This document shows, piece by piece, positions 49,591 to 61,680 of a stretch of DNA of 64,000 bases (within the stretch, counting starts at the first letter, position 1; every line of letters starts with the position of its first letter). Source of the stretch: Marsupella aquatica (taxonomy: Eukaryota > Plantae > Marchantiophyta). The stretch covers positions 1,304,751 to 1,368,750 of the forward strand of contig OZ316898.1 of assembly GCA_973895155.1 (NCBI GenBank), written 5' to 3'. The position numbers and the translations under genes are program-made. The notes beneath the pieces were generated by a model. That model did not search any database. It was given only the letters and a program-made list of their open reading frames with translations, and was not told where the DNA came from.

Positions 49591-50956
49591 GGTCTAAGGT
49601 CACATTCAAAGCTGAGTGCCAACTACATGCAACACAATTCTAAGGTGGAGTTTCTCATGATCAATTCAGTGAACCCCTCATGTATTATTTTCTAGCCTGG
49701 ATAGGGGCTCATGAGACTTTGAGCACCAACTAGACCTGGTCAGCCTAGCTGGGGTTATGACACATATGTGAAACTGTATAGTGTCTCTAGACCATGGGCA
49801 ATAGAGCAAACTAGATAATATAATTGGCAATCCAAGTCTAGTGTTCATGACTTACTGTAAAGAGTGAAACCATTTGGCCGCAACTGATGTGGTGACAGAA
49901 TCATTTGATATTTAAACTATGATTGTAATTTGGAACTGGCACATCTGGTTAAGGGAGCCCTTCCTGGGCATATGCATGGGGAGGTGGCTGGGTAGGTGGG
50001 CTACTTAGAGTTACATTCCATCTCCACGCTGTAAACCTTAGGTTAAGTAACTCCCTGTAACCTCTCCTTGCAATGTCCCCTCAAAAAACATGAAAGGTCT
50101 AATTAATCTGCAGATTTCTTGAAACTCCATATTTCTTTCTTGTGGCATGCTCTGGTTTATGCCTGACACCAGTTACATGGGTACCAATACCATGCCAGCA
50201 AGCAGGACATATTTTTCTTTTGCAAGGGAAAAATTCCCCGCAAAGCTATACTTTTTCTCATATGAGGAAAAAACTCTAAATATCTAGGTACAGCTTTGTT
50301 AGCAAACGTAGTATCTTGGTAGCCAAAACTTGCTTTCGAGTACCTTAAATATTGTGTCATATTTTCATGAGACCCAATTAGAAGGCTCACTAGCCACATT
50401 CATGAAGTACGTACTAGAAATGCACTAGAAATATGCTGCCAAATTACAGAATGTGCCTAGTAAGCAGGAGACAGGACCGAGGACAGGATTCCAAAGACTG
50501 GAGACCCTATATAGTCTGGACATAATTTACAAGTGGGAGAGAACTAGGGAAAACCCAACAAGATAGAAAAGCCAAAAAGCTCAATAGTCCCCAACCATAG
50601 CAAAAGAACTAAAGCTTTACTCGGCAACTAACTAAAATGCCTAGTATAGCTAGGAGTAAACTGCATGGAAGGGTCAGAGAGGAATTTGTCAATATTAAGC
50701 CCTAAAACCACCAAGGCTAGTGGAGCAAAGTCTAGTAGAGCTAGGGAGTAAACTGGATAGGAGGCTCTGAGAGAGGAATTTGTCAGTAAGCCCTAAAACC
50801 ATCAAGCCTAATCGAGCTCAGGCCTAAATTACATAATAGGGGTCCAGAGGGGATTTTATCTAGAAGTCCTTGAACCAACTCCCCTGAGTACTACCGAAAT
50901 CCAAAAACTCATCAGCCATATATAGAGAACCCCTCTTGTTTGCCATACTCGCATCT

Positions 50957-51301
50957 TAAATTCCTCTTGTCACACTGTTTTGCAACAAGTCTCGCATGGT
51001 TAAAATCCTATTGTCACACTGGTTTGCAACAAGTCTGGCATGGTTAGAATCCTATCGTCACACTGGTTTGCAACAAGTCTAGCATGGTTAAAATCCTCTT
51101 GTCACACTGGTTTGCAACAAGTCTAGCATGGTTAAAATCCTCTTGCATTGTCACGCTGGTTTGCAACAAGTCTAGCATGCTTAAAATTCTCTTGCATTGT
51201 CACACTGGTTTGCAACAAGTCTAGCATGGCTAAAATCCTCTTGCATTGTCACACTGGTTTGCAACAAGTCTAGCATGGTTAAAATGCTCTTGTCACACTG
51301 G
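50957..51301 (+). repeat. Minisatellite, ~44-49-bp unit, about 7 copies
   Basis: TTGTCACACTGGTTTGCAACAAGTCTAGCATGGTTAAAATCCTC(TTGCA) repeated head to tail. Confidence 0.95.
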
Positions 51302-51582
51302 GGACTCGCATCGTACAATGCCTCCAGTTGCACACGAGGTTGTTGCTAAGAGTTGCATCCCCATGGGCCCAGGGCCGAAAAGGCCACCGAGCGAGCGTCA
51401 CGATCGCCTGCAACGGACCAGCTCAGGCAGGTTCAACAAAATCTTTTGGAGCTCGAACGCCGGGAGCAGACGGGCGGGGCGGGGCCCCGCCTCTTTATCT
51501 ATGGAGAGGTTACAGGCAGTTGGCCGCGCCCAGGGCCCCGCCTCTTTAATTACCCATTTCCTCGTTGTCTTCCCCTTCATCT

Positions 51583-51660
51583 GTGTGTGTGTGTGTGTCG
51601 CTCTCTCTCTCTCTCTCTAGCTCGCAGTCTCTCATCTCGTCTCCTCTCATCTCATCTCGC
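51583..51660 (+). repeat. (GT)n/(CT)n microsatellite and CTCAT-type repeats in a GC-rich, 5'-UTR-like island
   Basis: gtgtgtgtgtgtgtgt, ctctctctctctctctct and ctcatctc repeats, preceded by GGCCCCGCCTCTTTA x2. Confidence 0.8.
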
Positions 51661-54600
51661 ATCCACACTCTACCGTCAATTGTCAAGGATGTGCTCGTGT
51701 CCACTCCGTTCGCCTCCCCTGCCAGCATGCAGCTCGCCGCATTCAGGAGGCTTGGGCTGCTCCTGCTCTAATGGTGATTATTTGCCAATTCCCTCGGTAC
51801 CGACCTTTCCAGTGGACAGCATTCCTGCATGTGGCTATTAAACCTGCTTGTAGCTTCTAGACCGGAGTTTTTCCCTTCATTTGTGTGCTACAGATTGCTA
51901 GAGTGTTCTGTAGCTCTCGCGTAGACGTTACCTGAGTCGATTCTCATTCGTTAGCTTGCGGTAATGCGTTAGAGATGTACGGCACATTCGTACGACACTT
52001 ATTCTACCGGTCACTTTTAAGCAGTGCCTTGAGTCCGGGCTCGTCTGCATGAAATCAAAGCCTCGGGGCCAGATTTCTACGGTGCGGTTGATGCTGATGC
52101 TGATGCTGATGCAAATGAATTGATCGATCAGGTACTTCTCGACCAATTTGGTTTGAGAAACTGAATGAAAAACTCGGCTGCTAATAGTGATTATTTAACC
52201 TTGGTTGAACAGTACAGCTATTATATATTATACTCAGCGTTTCCTGACTTTCAGTTTTATTTTGTTTATGATGTTTGTTACTGCATCAGAAAGATTCACT
52301 GGTACAGCCTGGTTGTCATGTCATGGCCTGGCAGCTATGTCTGATAAAGCGCGACTTCCGTGTCTCACAAGAAGCTGGCAGTTTCGGCAGGAGATACTTC
52401 CGTGGAAAGAAAGTAATTGGTCGGTAGCCGTGGGTATAAGTATACAGAGCTCCTTCTATATCGTTGTGTAGAAGCTGGTACAATGTTGCGCTTCAAGCTC
52501 TGTGGCTTCAATTTCTCACAGATATCACTGCTTCCTCAGTCTTTCCCCCTTGACTTCTCTGTGGACATTGAGTTGATTCATCCGTTGATTCCTTCAAAGC
52601 CGGACTGGATATCCTTTTTTGGTGCATACGAACACTAGGTCGAGAGTACGTTGTGACTCTGCTAAATCAATGGTGAAAGTTCTGGTTTATCAATCCTGAT
52701 CGATAGCAATCTAACTGACTTGTATAGGTTCCTTTAAACGGAGCGCGGACTTCATTCAAACGCAGAACGGACTTCACATGGTCGATGCAGCGCAAGCTTT
52801 AGCTATCGTGTAGCGAGGCAACCGTCCACATCGAGATCAAAGGGAGCATATCTTGCACATGCAAGCGATGTGGATGCAACTAGCAGATATTGCAACTGAC
52901 CAGCGATGAAACTACGACCTTATATCATCCACCGCATGTTCCTACTGGCAAGCTGCGTCTTGTCTCATCAATAGTCCGGGTGATTTGTGCCGTCACCCGA
53001 CTGATGAGGCAAGACGTGGCTTCCTAGAAGATTACACGCTCATGGCGTTTGTCAGAAATAGGGAATGAAATGTCATGGGTACCAATTGATCGAAGTGTGT
53101 AGAGATGTACTTTGGAGTCGATCAAACCGATGCAGATCGAACATCTAGCTTAGAGGAAGGACGTCCCCGTCAGAATTTAATTTGCTGTCAAAATCAGGTG
53201 ACTTCATTTCCTTAGTTTCATTCATTCGCCATGTGCTTAGTGACCTCTCTGCAGGCACCAGTTGTCAAGAATACGTAAATTTTGTATAACTGTGTGTATG
53301 CAGGACTTCTAGCTGCTTGAAACAATTTTTCAAACCTGATTTACATTGCAAACACACATAAAGTCGTGGATAGCCGACGATGTCCAACTGCCCATTTCGT
53401 AAGACATTTGAATACTTATTACATCAATCTCTAAGAGTCCATAATTGGCAGAAAGAAAATTGTTGTTATTTTTAATTAATCATCATAACTATTTTACTCA
53501 AAATATGATAACAACAATAAAGATTTATTTTCCACAGTATGGTCCAGATAAAACTCGTATTGACTTGTGGGATTTGGGAATGTAGTCATATATAATAGAG
53601 GAGATATGGTGGAAAGAAACTGTAAGTGATAGTTTATCATAATAGATCTTTGAGCTCAGCTGTTTTCAAACATTCCCGGCGGCAACTTAGAGACTGTTCA
53701 CTAGTGCCCTGTCTTGATTCTAGCCTTGAGTCGGTCGCTTCCTCTCAGACGTAAAAGTCTTGTCCGATTTGAAACACATGACCAGGTCAAACAAGGAGAT
53801 GAAGAAATCAACTGCCTAAGATTATACTTGGCATATTCTGAACGCTGGCAAACTGTCCGAGGAAGAATCTGATGGAATGGTTGCTCTCTCGTTACTTTGC
53901 GATGAAAGCACGTGAATTGACGTATCGATCAGTGGCTAAATACTTGCCCGAACTGCGTGGGTGCGTCGGCATTGTCATTCAAGCATACAACCGCAATTTA
54001 GTTAACTGCTTGCTAGTTTGCTCTGAAGAGGCCTGTCGTTGTCGTAAATTGAAATATTTGAGACGGATAGACATACTGCACAGCTAAGTAAATCCATTTC
54101 TCGTTCAGTTGAGTGCAATTTTGCTGCAATCAGTGCAAGGAGGTCTGATCAATCTCAGGAATCACGGTGTTTGTAGGTGCCGACTTGCTCTCGAGTCACC
54201 TTCCGCTGAATCGGGAGCCTTTTCATCACGTGAACCACACGTGCATGGTGAACGGGTATAATCAAGTAGAATTTGTCATGCCGCGATTTTCTGACGTTGG
54301 CGCTTACGACGAGAATTAACATTCGGTGTCATCAGTCATCAGTTCGTCTCCCATGTGGCCATTTAGAGGAAGCGCATGACAAGGTTTGACTGCGTTCATT
54401 TGACAGTAGTATGTTCTGTGGTGTGCTTGCGTCCTGATCCAATCGGATAGGCTCATCGGCTGCTGCCCGAGAAATTCTCGATGAGTTTTCTCGGGCTCTG
54501 AAAAATGCTGGTCCCGCCATTCATTGTTGCCTGTGTTGTATATTGCCGGCTGCCTTTTGCACATATAAATGGTGTACCGTATGTCTTCACGTTTCTCAAT

Positions 54601-57435
54601 GTTATGATGTGTAGATTCGCTGAAGGGTGGATCTTACTCAACTTTAGTTATCCCGGCCTGCCTCTTTCGTAGATGTAGTAATCATCATGGTGGCAAGTGA
54701 GGTTGTGGAAAACTTTGGCACAAACCCGTTCACAAAGTAAGTTCATCAAAGCCCTTGGAACACGCTAGACTTGACACTTAGAAAACTTAAAGATCCCTCT
54801 TGAGTCTTGAGCTTATATACCAACTACCGGAAATGGGCAGGGAGCATATAATCATGGGACCGAAAAGGTTCAAAGGAACCATTGGCCTAAATCCCGAAAA
54901 TGGTGCTACAATTTGGAGCTTCAGAAAATCAATCATGAATGTCACCGCCTTTAGGTCTCGTTCGTGAGTCAGAATCGACGTCATCCTTTCAGCAATCGCC
55001 ATGTCTTTATGTCCGAATAGGTTGCAGTTCAATTTTTAGAGAGATCCTGTAAAGTGCCACTCCGTCAGGACTAGTAGGCCGCAATTTCATGGGACGGGTC
55101 AAACTAGTCCCGAGTCCTGCGCCAGCCGACGCGTCTCTCGGTGTGCTCTGGTGGTCTAGTTCTCCTATGGCACGCACCCGACTCCGTGCCTGCCGGCAAA
55201 AAACAAAATCATGTTCACCAAATAGTACCAAGACCTGCACTGAGTTCTATCTTTGCAACCCTTCCTCTCCGACATTCCATGCAAAGTCACATGTTGCTGT
55301 GGGTAGTCTTGGGCTCCCCGGTTGTCTATCACTGGCTGTCTGGCTTTGGTTCATGAAAGACCGATTCTCCCTTTCTGTCATAACTATTCATCCCCGTCAT
55401 CTTTTGGAACCATAGACTATTGGTCGTGCTGTTGGACGGTTTTGTGCCTCCTGCAAAATGAACGGTGTCGCATTGCTGACTCGTATTGAACTTTCTTACA
55501 GCTCATCCCTCGTCCGGTGCTACTGCTTTGTAGGTTTGGCCACGTCTAATTTTTGATATACTCAAATACATCGAGGCGTCACAATGTTGGCAACTACAAC
55601 ATTGCAAGCTCTTAAGTGACGACGACATAAACATAGCATCTCATCCAGTATCAAACTATCCATAAGTATCAGGTCACAATGTTGAGTTCTGCAACACTGC
55701 AAGCTCTTCAGCTACTACCACATTAACATAATATCTCAACAAGTAACACAGGAGCAATATACATGAGTACTCACGTACTCACGTCTCAGTTATGATCATG
55801 AGTATTAGACTAGTAGTATCCATATCCACAATTCAGTTTGATCAGTATCTATAATTTGTTTGTATCAGTGACTCAAGTTAATATCCACACTTAGCTTTTG
55901 ATAAGTGATAAATGATGTTTCATGTCTCTAATATAATATTTTAATTAATATCAAAATAAATATATATATAAATATGTATATCTCAATATAAATATTAAAA
56001 TAATATTACATATATTTTTAATAAAAAATTTAATCAATATCAAATATAATTAAATTAAATATATATATATTATAATCATATGAGAATAAATATATTTATA
56101 TAATATTATATTTTTTATTTATATTTTAAAAAATAAATTTATTTTTCAAAAAAAATATAAAAAATTATTTTCTTCTGAAAAATTAGTGAATAAAATAAAA
56201 AACCATAAGAACAAAAGACAAAATGTCATGAATAGTGTGTTTGAAGTTGCTTTTGGGCCAGTGTTATCTCTCTGACAAGATATCTATTGAAAAGATTCAC
56301 TCTGGACAAAGGAGTATTGGTAAAGGGCAAACTCCAGACTACATGGTACCTTGAACATTTGGTTCCCAAGTGAATCTTGAGACAATGGCATCCTCTCTAA
56401 GCATTCATTCAAGAGACTCATCGTTGGCAATAAATAATGGAGGAGGAAGTGACTGTAGAGATGAAAGAACAGAAAAGTCAGGGACGGCGAAGCGGATGCA
56501 GAGGTAGAGAATCGCGAGTCAGACTGATTTGGTCGCAAGCTTTTCAAAATGGGCCGCGAGCGAGGAAGAAGAAATCGGGGAGGTCGGGAATAGGCATCGG
56601 GTGCTCGAAGGTGATAAGTTGTCGACTCGATCGCGAGCTCGTAGGGAATCAAGGAGCTCGCGAGGTGTGGAGGTCGATGATCAAGCCGCGAACGGAAGGA
56701 GTACGTCGACGATCACCTCCATGTTTAGAGTTGCCCTCACTGCCGGACCCCGTGCAGGACGTCACTCATCAACAGAATGGCTGCGATTCTGGAAAGGGCT
56801 TAGAGCGAACGAACAAAAATGAGGCGCGAAATCGCCGACCTTGAAGTCCAATTGGCCCGACCGGAAAAAGCCAAAGCACCGTCAGAGCACCTGTCCAACG
56901 AGTTATTGGCCGTGGCGAAGCAGAGATGTTCGCCGGAGTCGCAAGAACGTAGGAAGAAACTAGAGGAGTCGGAGCAGCGAAGGTTGATGGAGTCGGAAGA
57001 AACGAGGAAGAGAGTCGAGGAGTGTGGACTGAGATCTCGGCAGTGGCCTCTTACTACTCCGGTCATAAGGGTGCTGTGTTTTTATACATGGCATTAAGTC
57101 TACACCCGCGTAGAAGCTGCAGGCCCAACAAGTAGGTTTGTGCTTCGCAACTTATACCTAGAATGCTGCAGATCTTTCAAATAAACTGCCATGGCATCTC
57201 ACTCAAGAGCTGCAAGTCCAGCAAGTAGGTTGTGTCTCGCATCTGACTTATCTTATAACTAGAATGTTGCAGGCCTACCGAAGAAACAGTGGCTTACGCA
57301 AGACCTGCGCAATGCAAATTAAACCGTCACTTTGGAATGTGACCTCGGCTACGTGGTGATAATCTTGAGTGTATATATTCAGAGACAGTAAAGGAATGGA
57401 AGCATTTCGAGAGGGAGTCGCTGGATGATACAGAA

Positions 57436-57558
57436 TGAGAGCCACTTGAAATGAGAGCCACTTGATCCTGCTGATATTCAATCGTTCTTAGCGTGCAATG
57501 AGAGCTGAGAGCCACTTGATCCTGCTGATATTCAATCGTTCTTACCGTGCAATGAGCC
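57436..57558 (+). repeat. ~55-bp tandem duplication
   Basis: GAGAGCCACTTGATCCTGCTGATATTCAATCGTTCTTA.CGTGCAATGAG x2. Confidence 0.85.
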
Positions 57559-59454
57559 CACAATTAGAATGATTTTGAGGAAGTTCTACGTGCTTTTCTA
57601 GACACTCACCCATGGAAGGATTATAACTAAAGATGATGTATTTGTCCTCACTTACTACTTGCAATAACGTAAGTAAGGGTCTAACGGTGTGAGTTCAGGA
57701 GAAGCATTCCATTGTCGTATATATGGCACCCTGACCAGAACTCAAGGGAAATAAAAAAACCTATCAATTTTAGAGAGTCTGCGCAAGCCAGGTTCCTGAC
57801 CTCGTGATATTATACCAGAATTGATTTGCTGCTGGATGACGTGCGTATGGAGACCGTCCCTGAGTTTGTCAAGAACGTGGATGACTTCAAGCTTTCTTGA
57901 CACCTAATATTATCGACTTTTGACGTCACATATTTCTGCGTCTGCAATAGTGTATTGAAGCTAAGTAACAGTTTTGTCCACCTCGAGAGGCTGCTGGAGG
58001 GCTCATCTTGCCTTGAGTGATTTAGGTCTACAATTTATTATAGATGTTAGTATTGTTGCGACATTCTACATCACTTTCCAATGATTTCTTTTGGAAAATA
58101 TTCTAAGGGTTATTATCTACACTATCTGACTCTCTGTTGTCGTGTGATGATTGCATTCGTCACAAAAAGTAACCACTAAGGATTCTTATCATTTATTATT
58201 ATGTTCTTTTATGTTGCTAATGATTGGAGTATAAGTTAAACAATAATTCTCCAAGTTAACATAAATTATAAAAATCATATCTCATACAAAAAGTTATTTA
58301 TCCAGACTAACATAAAGTATAAAAATTATATTTCACATGAAAAAGTGATATTCATACACAAAAAATTACTTATCCAGATTAACATAAATTATAAAAATTA
58401 TATCTCACATAAAAAGATGATATTCATGATATTCATGCAGTTATTTTTTGATATCTCCAGAAGAGTCTAGAACTCCAACTCTTTTTGATTTCATGCAAAA
58501 ATATATGATTAATATTATTAATAAGAATGTCAATCTCATAGAAAAGTTAATACTAGCAAACTTGACTCTTCATAAAAAAAATTGACGATCATAATCTTTT
58601 GATGATGAAAAATGTTTATTTTATCTCAAATATAATTATCATGAAAATATGTGTTATTACCATAAACATCAATTATGATAAATATATTCAAAATAATATA
58701 CAATTATTTCAATATTGACTTTGTTTGGGAATATTTTAAAGAAATATTTTTTGATTTGGTCCTTGCTTGAGTTTTTGGTGGTACTCATTCAACTACATCC
58801 AAGGAGTAAATTAATATTTCTTGAAAATTTCATCCAACAAAAATAATTATAGAGATATTTGTATTTTATTTTGAATATGTTTATTAAATATAAAGTTTAT
58901 AGTAATAACTCATGCAATTTGTGATAAAAATGTTATAGATATATTAGGTGAATATTTTCCATTATCAAGAGATGTCTTGACTATTAAATTTTTTTATAAA
59001 AAACCAAATTCAATCATTAGTTTTTTTATATATTAAAATACTTATATCATATCAAGTGAATAGTGTACCTAGTTAGCTAGACAGTTGTAAGATGGTTTTT
59101 TTGTATATTAAAATATTTATATCGCGGCAAGTGAATAGTGCACCTAGCTAGCTAGGGTGGGCTCCCCCTTTTCTCCCATAGAGCTTTGTGAACACAATGC
59201 AACCTTTATGTAAGTTCATGATGTTATTTTTCTAACTTGTATTGGCTTAACTTGTATTGGCTCAGACTAACATTCCTCTGGGATATGTTGCAATCATCAC
59301 AAAAGAATCTGATACTGAAGATTGAGATAGGGAGCCTTTGTACTTCCTCCAAAAAAATCACTAGAGAATGATGTGTACTATTCATCAATAGCAGCCAGAA
59401 TAGTGAGAGAACAAATATGATGAGATCTAGATTGTTTTCGGAAATCACTGAAGG

Positions 59455-59900
59455 CATATTGCATAAGCCCATCAGTGGGACAAAACTGTTCTCAATTAAA
59501 GGCAAATTGCATAAGCCCTTCAGTGGGACAAAACTGTTCCTCAAGCGAACTCTCGTATATAAACAAATTGTGAGTAGATCTCAATTCTTGTCTCAATTGT
59601 GCTGGTGTGATTGAATGTGCTCTAGGCAGGGCTCTGCGTTTGGCCTGAGAAGCAGTTGTTGCGTGTCATAAAGTGGCTCATCAAACCCAAGAATAGCTTT
59701 CCAGATGGTTAGGTGGACTGAAGCCTAAAATGTGGCTTTCATGATTTGCAAAATTCCGATTTGGTCCCAATCTTCTCAAGACGGATTTTTTGCGTCTTTT
59801 ACGAGCTTTCGGTGGACTGACGCCTAAACTGTGGCTTTCATGATTTGCAGAATTTTGATTTGGTCCCAATCTTTTTGAGAAGGGTTTTTTGCGTCTTTTA
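59455..59900 (+). repeat. Two tandem duplications (~49 bp at 59459-59545; ~100 bp at 59712-59900)
   Basis: TTGCATAAGCCC.TCAGTGGGACAAAACTGTTC x2, and GGTGGACTGA.GCCTAAA.TGTGGCTTTCATGATTTGCA...GATTTGGTCCCAATCTT...TTTTTGCGTCTTTTAC x2. Confidence 0.85.
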
Positions 59901-60933
59901 CAAGCGTATGATGGGCTTTCTGCCCTTCATTAGCTTTCCTCTGGTCGCTATCATCATTACTTGGCAAGCTGGTGTCCGCTCGTGAGGGATCCAAAAAGAG
60001 CCCTCATAAATGAAGTAGACAAGCATGTGTCAACGTCCACACTCAACTCATAGTTTAATTTGTCAGGGGGCGGGTATTTTGGGGATGACAAGAACTTTGC
60101 GATTAGCTACACAAAATCACGGCCGAGCAACATGGATGACGAGCACTAGCTGGGAGCAAGAGGTAGGGCTCCTTGTGATTTTGTGAAGTGATGGTGGTGG
60201 AAACCTACCTCTGCGTTCATTGTCTATCGGGCTGGAACAAGAGGAATCCCAGAAAATATGGTGAGCCGCGTACATAGAGGATTGAGAAACAAGCAGGGGA
60301 ATGAGTTAGTCTGGAACAAAGCCAATCCACAAGTGAAGAACAAGAGCTCCTCACGTTGGGTTCTTGCTTGAGGTTGGTGGAGACATACGTGATTCACAAA
60401 CAATCAACCTGAAAGCTAGGGCGACATTGCAAAGTACATCTGCTATAGCTAGTATGCAGATGGAGTCTCTTAGTGGAGACTCTGAATTCTTAATGGGGAC
60501 TCTGAATTTTTTCATGCACAGCAACAATTTAAATTGATGTTGGAAAGGGACGTGCAATTATGAGCGAATCAAACCACGAGGGGTCGATCCGCTGATACAA
60601 AGTTCTGCACTGTCCTAACAGTGTAACCTCACTGTCTGATGTTTGAGCTATTTGATCACAATAAAACTTACTCCAACCTGATGTAGAACTGATCACAATC
60701 CGCAAAATCTAGTAGATTTAAGCTGGCCATTATCTTGCTCACTCAGTGCAATTGTTGTTCTCATCTCGTCTATATGCAACCGGTGCTTGATTTGCAACTT
60801 CTGCATCTGCATGCATCGCTTTTCAGTGTGACCATCATACCGTCTGTAGGTAGCAGTTTTTAGCTTTATTTCTTATCAACACTACATACAACAGCTGGTT
60901 TAGTAATTTAAGCCATTACAGTACGTGTACCAT

Positions 60934-61463
60934 TGTCGTGACATATAGTATCGTAGCCATAGTGTATCGAAAACATACAAGTCACCGGCAAGGCATATGT
61001 GCAAGCTGCTAGCAACCAACATGCATAGAAAAAGTCCAATCACATTCACAAGTGCCAAGAAAAAGCAAATGAAGTGGTATGTACGTAGTGGAGGTGTAAA
61101 CCTCTGTATATAAAAGGCGTAAGAGAATCGTACTGAAATCGAATCAAAAACCGGCGGGATGCCAAGATCGGCCGGGAGCATCTAACGAATCATTGTGTGA
61201 ATCCCGTGTATGGAACCGACGAGCACTGTCTGAGCTCTGTCAACAGCGATTCAAGAAGAACTAAAAACCCACAAAGAAAGACATGCCCTAAGCAAGCAAA
61301 GTCCTGGCGTCACACTAACAAGCACATTTGCTTCAAGAACGGCCCAGTCTTGCTACAAGAACATGTCGCTAACTCAGGTAGTACACTAGCCCTAACTACA
61401 TACCTAGCGGGCAGGCGAGGGACATGCCAATGTGCATAAGAGGCACTGTCCCTCAGCATGACA
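60934..61463 (-). repeat. 530-bp LTR (TGTCATG...CACGACA on - strand)
   Basis: TG...CA ends with a 6/7 terminal inverted match. Its terminal 176 bp (60934-61109) are duplicated at 61466-61641, next to a G7 polypurine tract (61642-61648). Confidence 0.75.
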
Positions 61464-61680
61464 GTTGTCGTGACATATAGTATCGTAGCCATAGTGTATC
61501 GAAAACATACAAGTCACCAGCAAGGCATATGTGCAAGCTGCTAGCAACCAACATGCATAGAAAAAGTCCAATCACATTCACAAGTGCCAAGAAAAAGAAA
61601 ATGAAGTGGTATGTACGTAGTGGAGGTGTAAACCTCTGTATCCCCCCCAGACCACAGCCAAAAGGAGGGCTGAAGAAAAT

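Noticed and set aside
50957-51301. Possible CRISPR array
   Set aside because: Head-to-tail minisatellite with no unique spacers.
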